From the IMG/VR virus record IMGVR_UViG_3300017786_003484, positions 180,433 through 244,432 of that record: a stretch of 64,000 nt of DNA; one strand, written 5' to 3'. The notes under the pieces were generated by a model. It did not search any database. It worked only from the letters and a program-made list of their open reading frames with translations, and was not told where the DNA came from. The translations under genes were made by a program, and so were the position numbers. Shown here piece by piece: positions 1 to 9,219 of the stretch; within the stretch, counting starts at the first letter, position 1; the number at the start of each line of letters is the position of its first letter.

Positions 1-609
1 AGAATTAAGAGAGAAGCCAACGAGCCAGACTATTGGCGAGGAGTAATGATATATTTAAATGAGACTATAGACCCTTCTAACTTTAATTTTAATACTACTC
101 CAATTTCAGATTGGACTATGCATTTTCCTAAGATGTTTGATGCTATACGAAATGCAGTCCCTTTTAAATTTATTGAAAAGATTGTTCTCTGGCAAAATGT
201 AAGAGAAATAGATCCTCATTTTGATCCAGACCATTGGGTACTTCCGTGGCCTGATAGTTTAAGAGTTATGTTGCATGACACTAATAAGAAGCCAACATTG
301 TACATGACTAAATGGCCTGAACGTGATGACAACTATAACCCTTCTCCAGTAACATCTATAAAAGGAGGAGACTTTGGAACTAATGCAAGTAATGTAGACA
401 ACAAAGATAAATTTTATGTAGAAGTTCCAGAAGAAACAAACACCTTTCTATTAAATAACGGTGCGTTCTTACATGGAGCAGATATGGGAACAGAAAAAAT
501 TATAATGGCTATCAAAGGAACACCGGATCACTTTACTTGGCTAAAAAGTTTAGAATCTAGTTACAACAAATATAAAAGGGATGACTATGACAGTTTCTTT
601 AAATCTTAG
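1..609 (+). CDS. 2OG-Fe(II)/cupin-type dioxygenase, 5'-partial
   Basis: Frame is open from base 1; HxD (HFD) plus distal His (FLHG); resembles the 26553 ORF. Confidence 0.6.
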   Translation, partial: RIKREANEPDYWRGVMIYLNETIDPSNFNFNTTPISDWTMHFPKMFDAIRNAVPFKFIEKIVLWQNVREIDPHFDPDHWVLPWPDSLRVMLHDTNKKPTLYMTKWPERDDNYNPSPVTSIKGGDFGTNASNVDNKDKFYVEVPEETNTFLLNNGAFLHGADMGTEKIIMAIKGTPDHFTWLKSLESSYNKYKRDDYDSFFKS

Positions 610-1519
610 AAGAAATACAAACGAACATAATGTATCAGGGTCTCTAAATCATAGAGCACCATTTCTAAAAAATCAGATGAAACCATCTAAAACTTTTAAT
701 GATTTAATTAAGTTTGAAATGACTGAAACAGATTGTATTAAGTTAAAAGAAGATACACTAGGTGCGGTTGAGAAGTTTGGTAATTGGGGATATAGATTAA
801 AAAACTATAAAGATGATGCTGGATATTTAGGAACAGGTTTAACCTATAATCCAAGGCACATTGATAGCACAAACGATTTCAAAGAACAAGATATACATCA
901 ACAAGTACAAGGAAACTATGACCCTGGTGCAAAAGGTCTTAATGGACAAAATCCTTATAGTAGGCTTACTGGCAAAGATTCTGTATTTGCTAAAGTAAAT
1001 ACCCATTATGACACCTTCTCGATGTGTTACCGTACTCCTGCTAGTAAACATGGCTATTTGGGCGACTTTTGTAATACTTTTAAAAGAAGCATGGTTAGAA
1101 GCAGTATAAGGGTTATTAACGCCGCCGCTACGGGTCATAATATGGGTAAAGATATTAATGACAAGAAAATGAGAGCAGGAGTAGCATGGCATACAGACGA
1201 ATCAATTTTTGAGAATTTAAGGATTAATATTCCTGTTGAAACTCATCCTATTTTTGTATTAGAACAAAAAGGATATCCACCTCAACATTTACAAGCAAAT
1301 TATGCTTACAGTTGGAACACATCATTATTACATAGAGCATATTGTACAGAGAGAACACAAAGTCCGTTATACAGAACACATATTATGTTAGGCTTTTCAT
1401 GTTGGTGGGATTTTAATGAAACAACAGAAACTTGGACACAAAATGAATTTTTTGGTAAAAAACATCCATGGGATATGTTACATGACGGAGAAGTTATACC
1501 AGGGTTAAAATTGGTATAA
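581..1519 (+). CDS. Asp/Asn beta-hydroxylase-like 2OG-Fe(II) dioxygenase
   Basis: WHTD, RINIP, WNT..LHRA and R.HIMLG motifs. Confidence 0.7.
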   Translation: MTMTVSLNLRRNTNEHNVSGSLNHRAPFLKNQMKPSKTFNDLIKFEMTETDCIKLKEDTLGAVEKFGNWGYRLKNYKDDAGYLGTGLTYNPRHIDSTNDFKEQDIHQQVQGNYDPGAKGLNGQNPYSRLTGKDSVFAKVNTHYDTFSMCYRTPASKHGYLGDFCNTFKRSMVRSSIRVINAAATGHNMGKDINDKKMRAGVAWHTDESIFENLRINIPVETHPIFVLEQKGYPPQHLQANYAYSWNTSLLHRAYCTERTQSPLYRTHIMLGFSCWWDFNETTETWTQNEFFGKKHPWDMLHDGEVIPGLKLV

Positions 1520-1549
1520 CAGTTAGTAGAAAGGAAAATATATAGTAGT

Positions 1550-2299
1550 ATGAGTGTATTCAGTAGTCAAAATCCAAATGCCGTGCAGGGAGTTGGTGCT
1601 TCGCATAGTAAGCAAGGAATTAGAGTTAATGATCTAAAATTAGAGAACGTTGCCGCTGAGGTTGCATTGTCAGCAATAGGCAACTTTGAACCTCTGGACT
1701 ATAAGTTAGACATTCATGGGATTCATAGTGTTATTAATGAAAAATATGGAAATGATTGGGTTGACTATCTTCCTCGTACAGACAGACCTAATAATAGAAA
1801 AGCTATGTCTCTAACAACAATACCAGGATGGACGCATCAAAGTCCACCAAGTATACCAGAAGCTATAAAGCATATGAAAAGAGATGTAAAGGAGTTTGAA
1901 TTTTCAACTCCAACAGATTTGTATAAAGATTGCGATCGTGCATACCCAGGCAATACAAGTTTGAAATCATTCTTAGACGAATGGCAACCCCTAGGACGTA
2001 CCTTTATTGTTAATGCTGGCATTGGCGGATATTTTGTACCTCATAGAGACCATCCTGGAATGCCTCGACCAGCTCTACGCCTAATTGCATTTTTACAAAA
2101 TTGCGGTCCTATGGATTATGACTGGATGATGGACAACAGAAAGGTTGACATTGAACTTGGAAGAGTGTATTATGTTAATACTAGAATGACTCATAGAACT
2201 ATGAGTTGGGTTAATGACAGTTGGCATCTTATATTGAACGTTCCTTTTAATGCAAGTAATGTTTCAAAAGTACTAGAAAATTTACAACACCGTCATTAA
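1550..2299 (+). CDS. Asp/Asn beta-hydroxylase-like 2OG-Fe(II) dioxygenase
   Basis: GGYFVPHRD and GRVYYVNTRMTH motifs. Confidence 0.75.
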   Translation: MSVFSSQNPNAVQGVGASHSKQGIRVNDLKLENVAAEVALSAIGNFEPLDYKLDIHGIHSVINEKYGNDWVDYLPRTDRPNNRKAMSLTTIPGWTHQSPPSIPEAIKHMKRDVKEFEFSTPTDLYKDCDRAYPGNTSLKSFLDEWQPLGRTFIVNAGIGGYFVPHRDHPGMPRPALRLIAFLQNCGPMDYDWMMDNRKVDIELGRVYYVNTRMTHRTMSWVNDSWHLILNVPFNASNVSKVLENLQHRH

Positions 2300-2318
2300 A
2301 ATAACATAGGAGAAATAA

Positions 2319-2951
2319 ATGCGATATTATAATATTGATCTTAGTGGCTATGGCGGTGAAGTAGTCTACGGAAAACTTACAAAAGAACAACACGATTTTT
2401 GGCACGATAAAGAAGAGAGTGATATTACAGCTCATGCTTTTTGGGATCCGTTTGATGAAGGTGATGAAAACTTAGTTCAAGACGAAGAAGATCCTAGGTG
2501 GTTAGGTTATTGGCATGACCTTGATGATATTGTACATCTAAATGGAGGCACAATGTCCGATGCTTGGATTACTGTTGAAGAAGTTTCAAGTGCAGACTAT
2601 GCCGCCTCAAGTATAAAAGAAATTGTTGATAGAGTTGATGTAGCAGAATTTATTAAAACTAATAAGAATGAGTTAACACAAGAAGCTATCGACTTAGATG
2701 ATTATGCAAACGAAGATGGACATAACTATATCTTTTATGGCATGAGTATTGAAAAAGGACAGTTCCATTTATCAACTATTGAGCTTCCTGATGATGAAGA
2801 ATTTGATCTTTCTAAGATTAATTTCTGTGCAACTGAGCTTGATAATGGTGATAACATTGTTGAAGTGTTGTCGTATGGAGATATTGATTTAGATAACGTA
2901 GGCGGTGATTCAACTGGAAAAGGTTATAGTACAACCATATTTGATTACTAA
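2319..2951 (+). CDS. acidic hypothetical phage protein
   Basis: 210 aa ORF with AGGAG SD; very Asp/Glu rich. Confidence 0.7.
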   Translation: MRYYNIDLSGYGGEVVYGKLTKEQHDFWHDKEESDITAHAFWDPFDEGDENLVQDEEDPRWLGYWHDLDDIVHLNGGTMSDAWITVEEVSSADYAASSIKEIVDRVDVAEFIKTNKNELTQEAIDLDDYANEDGHNYIFYGMSIEKGQFHLSTIELPDDEEFDLSKINFCATELDNGDNIVEVLSYGDIDLDNVGGDSTGKGYSTTIFDY

Positions 2952-2962
2952 TAAATAACGAT

Positions 2963-3589
2963 ATGAAACTTACAGTAGGTCCATCTGATTGTATTAGAGA
3001 AATAGAAGTCTTGTTACCAGATGTCTTAGATGTTGGGGTTATGTTAAGTGGAGGTGCTGACTCTGCTATACTACTTTACATGTTAATTGAAGAAAGACGA
3101 AATACAAATTCACAACATATAATTAGACCTTTTACTGTTGCTCGTCCTGATGGTGCTTGGAATTATGTTGCTCCTATAGTAGATTGGATTAGAACAAAAA
3201 CTGATATTCATATTGATGCTCCAATTAAAGTAGGCAATCCAGACTTACATCATAGTAAACAAGGACGTTCAGGAGCAGATGAAGCCTTTAGTAAATATGG
3301 AATTGAGCATATCTTCTATGGTAGTCAAGCACATCCTCCTGTAAAAATGCCAGGTGATTACCCATCAAGACCTAGTGCAGTTAACCTACCTCATACTACT
3401 TGTCCTTTTGCACTTGTTGATAAAAGACATACGTTACATTTATATGATAAACTTCAAGTATGGGATCTAATTAAACTAACTCATTCATGTACACATAGAA
3501 CCGAAGGCCGATGCGGAGAGTGTTATAATTGTACAGAACGTTCCTGGGCATTAGAAGAGCTTGGGTTCGCTGACCCTGGAGAAAAATAA
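2963..3589 (+). CDS. QueC/ExsB-like PP-loop ATP pyrophosphatase
   Basis: SGGADS PP-loop and C-terminal THSC..CGECYNCTER zinc site; divergent from canonical QueC. Confidence 0.7.
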   Translation: MKLTVGPSDCIREIEVLLPDVLDVGVMLSGGADSAILLYMLIEERRNTNSQHIIRPFTVARPDGAWNYVAPIVDWIRTKTDIHIDAPIKVGNPDLHHSKQGRSGADEAFSKYGIEHIFYGSQAHPPVKMPGDYPSRPSAVNLPHTTCPFALVDKRHTLHLYDKLQVWDLIKLTHSCTHRTEGRCGECYNCTERSWALEELGFADPGEK

Positions 3590-5163
3590 TGGCTCAGATA
3601 ATAATTTGTGCTGGCATATCAGTTATTCCATATATTAGACCTGTTGGAACATTTCAATTAGCAAATGTATTAAGACAAGCTGGATACACAGTTCAAGTTA
3701 TTGATCAATATCCATGGATTGCACATTTAGGTTTAGATGTTGTTAAGCAGTTATTAGATAAGTTTGTAGGACCCGAAACATTATGGATTGGGTATAGTAG
3801 CACTTGGTTTCGTAAGATTGAACAGATGGTTCCTGGCTCTCCAATGGCCTGGCACCTGCCAAGTAAGCCAGGAACAACTCCTGGTAATGAAGATTTAAGA
3901 ACTAATACATTATTATTTTCAGAAGAGGAAATACATGACTTACGAGCATTTGTACATAAGAAAAATCCTAATGTTAAATTTGTATTAGGAGGTGCTAGAT
4001 CTCCCAAAGGACGTATTGCTTTATTTTCTCCATTGGTTGACATTTATATAGAAGGTTATGCTGATAATACAGTAGTACGACTTAGTAAGTATTTAGAAGG
4101 AAAACTTCCTAGCCTAGATGCCAAGCCAGTTAGTTACGGAGGCAAAGAAATACCAGATGTATATATGATTAATGATGATGTTAAAGCAGAATCATTTGAT
4201 TATAATAACTTTAAATTTTCTTGGCATGATTCTGATTTAGTTAATTGGGGAGAAACCTTACCTATGGAAATTGCTCGAGGTTGTATTTTTAATTGTGCTT
4301 TTTGTTCATACCCATTAAACGGACGTAAGAAAATGGATTACTTAAAGGATCCGCTAATATTAAGAGAACAAATGATAGAAAACTATGAAAGATTTGGTAC
4401 AACAAACTATTTCTTTTTAGACGATACATTCAATGAAAGTGTAGACAAACTTGAGATATTAGCAGAACATACATTTTCTAACTTAGATTTTAGGCCACGG
4501 TTTGGAGCCTTTATGAGGGCAGACTTAATTGCACATAATCCTAGGCAGATACAACTATTAAAAGATATAGGTGTCAGCGGTGCATTCTTTGGCATTGAAA
4601 GTTTAAATTATGAAGCAAACAAATCTGTAGGTAAAGGTATTAAGAAGGATAAACTTTATGATTCCTTGTGTAGAATTAGAGAAGAATGGCCAGATGATGT
4701 TGTTACTGACTCTCAGTTTATTATGGGGTTGCCTAATGATAGCGAAGAAACAATTACAGAATGGGTTACAGAATTATTACATCCTGACTTTCCTTTAGAT
4801 GCGGCAAAGATTGAACCACTTGCATTAGATAAAGATCAAGTTAAGTCTACATGGGTAAGCAGTTTTGCCCGATTCCCTGACAGGTATGGATTTAGTTTTC
4901 CAGATGATACAAAACCTTGGCTTTGGGTAAACAATACAGGATTTTCCAGTGATGATGCACAAAAACTTAAAATGAAAATGGCCTCACAATGGAGAGTTAA
5001 AGATAAGCCTGCATGGGTAGGAGACTACGGATTAATGAATGTTGGTGTACCAGCAGATGTTATTGAGGATAGGAAAAAAGGTGCAAAATTTGATGGTAGG
5101 GACCGTGGTAGACGTATATCTTTTGTAAAGGAATATATTAAGAAGCTATTGGCTCTACCTTAA
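3589..5163 (+). CDS. B12-binding-domain radical SAM enzyme
   Basis: ARGCIFNCAFC (CxxxCxxC), FLDDTFN, GIES, IMGLP; N-terminal cobalamin-binding-like domain. Confidence 0.9.
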   Translation: MAQIIICAGISVIPYIRPVGTFQLANVLRQAGYTVQVIDQYPWIAHLGLDVVKQLLDKFVGPETLWIGYSSTWFRKIEQMVPGSPMAWHLPSKPGTTPGNEDLRTNTLLFSEEEIHDLRAFVHKKNPNVKFVLGGARSPKGRIALFSPLVDIYIEGYADNTVVRLSKYLEGKLPSLDAKPVSYGGKEIPDVYMINDDVKAESFDYNNFKFSWHDSDLVNWGETLPMEIARGCIFNCAFCSYPLNGRKKMDYLKDPLILREQMIENYERFGTTNYFFLDDTFNESVDKLEILAEHTFSNLDFRPRFGAFMRADLIAHNPRQIQLLKDIGVSGAFFGIESLNYEANKSVGKGIKKDKLYDSLCRIREEWPDDVVTDSQFIMGLPNDSEETITEWVTELLHPDFPLDAAKIEPLALDKDQVKSTWVSSFARFPDRYGFSFPDDTKPWLWVNNTGFSSDDAQKLKMKMASQWRVKDKPAWVGDYGLMNVGVPADVIEDRKKGAKFDGRDRGRRISFVKEYIKKLLALP

Positions 5164-6100
5164 ATTTATCTAATTGCAAGTCGACAGCAGTCTTACAATA
5201 TCTTTTAGTACATATAATATTTTCCTGTAGTAAGTCAAATTTATCTATACGTCCTAACTTTTGTATACTACAAATACCAGCATATGCATTACCATCAAAG
5301 TTTACACGAATACCACTATTACCAGCAGTACAACTCCAGCCTTGCATTTGATGCTGATTGGTAGTTACAAGATCAAAAGGATTAACTAAATTGTAAGAAG
5401 TTTGATCATCGTTATAAGCAAATACTTTTCTATCTACTTCATCAAATCTTCTCATTATACCTGACCAGCCGCTTTTCTTTTCTCTAATATATTGCAACTG
5501 ACTTTCTTCGTATTCATAAGGCTTGCCATCATTTATACCGCCGGAATGATCTGTTAGTATCTTTCCATTTACTTGTTTCTTAAGTCTGTCTGTTAATGCG
5601 TCATATAAATGCTTAACCGTTTCCCATTGTATTGGATCACACATCATATTAAACGATACATCACAACCATTATCTAGTAAGTATTCTCCTAGTAAATTAA
5701 TACGATCCATCTTACTAAACCCTGGATGTAAGCTCATAGTCACCTTGTCCGGTAGGCTTTCTAATCCTTGCCACCATTTTAAAGCACGACTGCCATTACT
5801 TACAGTTTCCAATATACCGTGTGGTTTAAGTCTGTGTATAATTTCTCCATACATAGGATGCAATGTTGGCTCACCGCCTGATAAACATACCTGTAAAAAC
5901 CTATCACCTTTGTGTACATTTATTAGCCTGTCTAAGAAACCATCTATTTCTTCGTTAGTTGGGTAACCCATTTTACGTCCGTGATGATGATCACCTGAAT
6001 GTAGGTTAGTAGGACAATAAGCACATTCAAAATTGCAGAAATCAGTAATTGTCCAATACACATATAATGTAGGAGTAACCTTTCTTATTTCTCTAAGCAC
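5138..6100 (-). CDS. radical SAM enzyme with C-terminal Twitch/SPASM-like cysteines
   Basis: CNFECAYC, SGGEPTL, C-terminal CTAG..C..C..C. Confidence 0.9.
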   Translation of the reverse strand: MLREIRKVTPTLYVYWTITDFCNFECAYCPTNLHSGDHHHGRKMGYPTNEEIDGFLDRLINVHKGDRFLQVCLSGGEPTLHPMYGEIIHRLKPHGILETVSNGSRALKWWQGLESLPDKVTMSLHPGFSKMDRINLLGEYLLDNGCDVSFNMMCDPIQWETVKHLYDALTDRLKKQVNGKILTDHSGGINDGKPYEYEESQLQYIREKKSGWSGIMRRFDEVDRKVFAYNDDQTSYNLVNPFDLVTTNQHQMQGWSCTAGNSGIRVNFDGNAYAGICSIQKLGRIDKFDLLQENIICTKRYCKTAVDLQLDKFKVEPIAS

Positions 6101-6932
6101 TTTTTTCTTTCCATGTTTTATTATGCTCTTCTAATTGTTCTGATAATATTTTTTGCTTAGGAGGCTGTACCATTTGAGGTGAGTCTTTTGTAGCCCAATC
6201 CCAATGTTTATCTGCATCAGTTAGTTTTTTACTTGTAAAGATACTTAATCCAATTTTACGTTTAACACCCCATCTAGGAAATGCAGTACTACAATGTAGC
6301 CTGTCTCTTGGAAATGTCATTGGTATCCCAGGTGTCCATTGAAAATGTTTATCTACTGATAGTCCTTCGAATGTACTTTGTGGTATATGTTTAGCATATT
6401 TTAATAGTATAGGATCAAAATAGCCATCTTCTTTTAATCCAATTACATCACTATAATCAGTAACATCAGTATTCCATTCTTTTCTATCAGTCTTCCAACC
6501 TTTGTTATCATTTTTCATTCTATCTTTGTTTACGTTTCCTTTTGCAAAGAAACCTGCATCTTTCTTCCATTGCTGATCCATTACTATAAATCTATTATTT
6601 TCTGGAAAATATTCTAATTCTAAATTACGTTCAATGAATAAAGGAAATACAAATGTTTGCAAAACCTGATCTGGGGATTCTCCTCTTCCTGTATCAGTAT
6701 GCACCATATACCCTGCTTCTGTTGAAAAATAGTTTCCACCGGTAACCACCCATTCTTCTCCTAGGTATTCGTTTATCATAGGACCTAGTAAATGCAAAGC
6801 ACTAGTCATTCCAAAAGCAAATTTTCTTCCAAATGCATGTTCGGTGGTGTGTACGTTATTTTCAAATTCATAAAGTAACTTATCAATTACACTTTGATCT
6901 ATTTCATTTAATGTGGTTACGGGAGTTCTCAT
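6093..6932 (-). CDS. 2OG-Fe(II)-type dioxygenase
   Basis: VHTD, F.RDRLHC and K.GLSIF motifs. Confidence 0.6.
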   Translation of the reverse strand: MRTPVTTLNEIDQSVIDKLLYEFENNVHTTEHAFGRKFAFGMTSALHLLGPMINEYLGEEWVVTGGNYFSTEAGYMVHTDTGRGESPDQVLQTFVFPLFIERNLELEYFPENNRFIVMDQQWKKDAGFFAKGNVNKDRMKNDNKGWKTDRKEWNTDVTDYSDVIGLKEDGYFDPILLKYAKHIPQSTFEGLSVDKHFQWTPGIPMTFPRDRLHCSTAFPRWGVKRKIGLSIFTSKKLTDADKHWDWATKDSPQMVQPPKQKILSEQLEEHNKTWKEKSA

Positions 6933-7891
6933 CTTCTGTTTTCATAACTTCCTGGCTGAGCCATTTTAGGAACAGGAAATATCACGTCTACCTGTTCTTT
7001 TATACTATTAGTTATCTTCGGTACAAACTCTCCTGCTTTTAAATTATCTATTAGGTGAGGAATTTTATGGCTTCTTGGTATTGATACTGCCCACGGAAAC
7101 CTTAGATTAAAATATGCAATTAAGAATTGAGGAACCGTTGCTCCAATGCTTTCTGCTATAGGTTCTACTTGCTTCAATTCAGGCATATCCCAAAAGTCTC
7201 CTCTATAAGATTCTGTTGGATTCTGTTGCGGTCTTTGATATCCACTAGCTCTACCTCCACCAAATACACTATGTGGCATACCTGTTAGTTCTGCATCAAA
7301 TTTAGTGTTCCATGAAACAACTCTCTCATATCCATTAGCACCTTTTTCTGTGTAAAATTGATCCGGATATCTATGCTTAGGTCCGTAACGAAATTGTATA
7401 ACTTGCAGTCTTTGTTCTTTAGGATAGTTTTCAGCCTCTTCAAAAGTTCTCCATTCATGTATTGCTCTGCCTTTTAAATTACTACAACCTACACTCCTAA
7501 TTGTTCCTTCGGATTGACATTCAGCCATCCATTCTGCACATTTTTCTATACTAACACCTTCCATAAAAAAATGTAAAAGGTAAGAGTCGACATAGTCTGT
7601 TTGCAATCGATCTAATGATTTTTTAAGAGAATCTCTAAACGAATTCCTATCCATTGCATTGTTAGGTAGTACTTTTGATACTATTTCAAATTCGCTTCTT
7701 GGGATACTAGATCTAGTTATAGAATTGCCTAGCAAGGTTTCTACTCTACCATCTGAGTATTGTTCAGCAGTATCAAACATTCTATAGCCCAAGTTTAAAA
7801 CTTTATCCATTAAGCCTTCTTGTCTTACTGCCGCCTCAGGTGTCCATGCCCATCCGCTAGTTCCTAGTCCTATTCTGTTCTTAAAAAACAT
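6929..7891 (-). CDS. aldo/keto reductase
   Basis: GLGT, FDTAEQY, SKV, SLDRLQTDYVDSYLLH, VGCSN (D-Y-K-H tetrad). Confidence 0.9.
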   Translation of the reverse strand: MFFKNRIGLGTSGWAWTPEAAVRQEGLMDKVLNLGYRMFDTAEQYSDGRVETLLGNSITRSSIPRSEFEIVSKVLPNNAMDRNSFRDSLKKSLDRLQTDYVDSYLLHFFMEGVSIEKCAEWMAECQSEGTIRSVGCSNLKGRAIHEWRTFEEAENYPKEQRLQVIQFRYGPKHRYPDQFYTEKGANGYERVVSWNTKFDAELTGMPHSVFGGGRASGYQRPQQNPTESYRGDFWDMPELKQVEPIAESIGATVPQFLIAYFNLRFPWAVSIPRSHKIPHLIDNLKAGEFVPKITNSIKEQVDVIFPVPKMAQPGSYENRR

Positions 7892-7929
7892 GAAAAACTC
7901 CTCTTTTTTTCTATTATATGGTATTTAGT

Positions 7930-7984
7930 GGTTGACCTTTAGGCCCAATTGCCGTATAGTAAGTATATAATAAGGAATTAGGAG
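7930..7984 (+). promoter_or_regulatory. sigma70-type early promoter plus conserved leader
   Basis: TTGACC 7932-7937, 17 nt spacer, TATAGT 7955-7960, then ATAAGGAATTAGGAG. Confidence 0.85.
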
Positions 7985-7990
7985 ATATTA

Positions 7991-8242
7991 ATGTCAACAA
8001 CACTTAGAAACGTTCCAAATTTAAACACAGACATGAAGCTGAAGCAAACACGTTTTTGGGGTGGCGACAGAGGTTCTTGTTTACAGGTTACTCAAAGGCG
8101 TCCTCAGAGTTTAGGTCCTGTTTCACCTGTTGATAGCCTCTTTACTAGCCTTCAGCTTACCAGAGAGCAGGCCCGTGAGTTAGCAGTTGAGCTGACTTTA
8201 TTTGCAAACGAAGTTGAAATTGAAGACTTAGGAGCAGAGTAA
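7991..8242 (+). CDS. small early hypothetical protein
   Basis: Directly follows the promoter/SD cassette. Confidence 0.75.
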   Translation: MSTTLRNVPNLNTDMKLKQTRFWGGDRGSCLQVTQRRPQSLGPVSPVDSLFTSLQLTREQARELAVELTLFANEVEIEDLGAE

Positions 8243-8243
8243 T

Positions 8244-8447
8244 ATGGATCGTTTAACTTGGACATTAAAAGGCTTAACAGGCAAAGGTAAGAATCGTATT
8301 CGTGAACATGGTAATGTTTGGGAAGTTCTTACTATCCAAGACATTGGTTTAATATCTGCAACACCTATGCCTCCCTTTCCTCCCATTAGATCAGTACAAA
8401 CTGGCGAATGGCGTTGGTTTGATGATATAAACTTTGAGGTTATATGA
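8244..8447 (+). CDS. small hypothetical protein
   Basis: Coupled ORF with AGGAG SD. Confidence 0.7.
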   Translation: MDRLTWTLKGLTGKGKNRIREHGNVWEVLTIQDIGLISATPMPPFPPIRSVQTGEWRWFDDINFEVI

Positions 8448-8649
8448 TCCATATAGCCCATTTTCTTCGATAGACCGTCAAAAATCCAACAAATATTCCG
8501 TACAAATTATTGTGACCGTCAAATTTTTGTCCGTGCTTAATTTAGGTCCCCTTATCACTAAATAGATGTAGCAAAGAACTATTAGGCCGAAAGAGAGTAA
8601 GCCTAAAGAGTTGCTTCACCAAAATTTGCTAGATATAAGGGAATGAATT

Positions 8650-9219
8650 ATGATTAGAATCACGGCGACTTTTTCATCAATTGTAATAATTTTTTTAGGT
8701 TGGGTATTATTTTCTGCCGTTGCGATTGCGGCTGACCCAATCGTGACTCAATCCACTACTACTTCAAAGGTTACAACTGAAGGTAACCAAAAAACTACAG
8801 TAAAATCTCCTCCTCCATCAGCTATATCTCCTGCAATAACGTCCTCGGGTTCAGACTTATGTACAGTTGGTATTTCTGGTGCAGTACAAACACAAATACT
8901 TGGTATTAGTGGAGGATCAACAGTTCGTGATATGAACTGTGAACGTTTAAAATTATCAAAAACATTATACGATATGGGTATGAAGGTTGCGGCAGTTTCA
9001 ACTTTATGCCAAGATTTTCGGATATTTACAGCAATGAAAATGGCTGGCACTCCTTGCCCATTTGAAGGTAAGATAGGAGATGCGGCTTCTAAACTTTGGG
9101 AAGAACACCCTGAGTTACATCCTAAGAATTTAACTGAAGGGAAAGATGATAACAATGACTTGGTTAAAGGCGCCGTTGGTGGTTTTGGTCTTGCTGGCTT
9201 GCTCTTACTCTTACTCTAA
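8650..9219 (+). CDS. exported Cys-containing membrane-anchored protein
   Basis: Signal peptide, four Cys, C-terminal hydrophobic anchor. Confidence 0.7.
   Translation: MIRITATFSSIVIIFLGWVLFSAVAIAADPIVTQSTTTSKVTTEGNQKTTVKSPPPSAISPAITSSGSDLCTVGISGAVQTQILGISGGSTVRDMNCERLKLSKTLYDMGMKVAAVSTLCQDFRIFTAMKMAGTPCPFEGKIGDAASKLWEEHPELHPKNLTEGKDDNNDLVKGAVGGFGLAGLLLLLL

Noticed and set aside
5138-6100. Radical SAM as QueE
   Set aside because: Longer than QueE, has extra C-terminal Cys and lacks the QueE N-terminal QGEG motif
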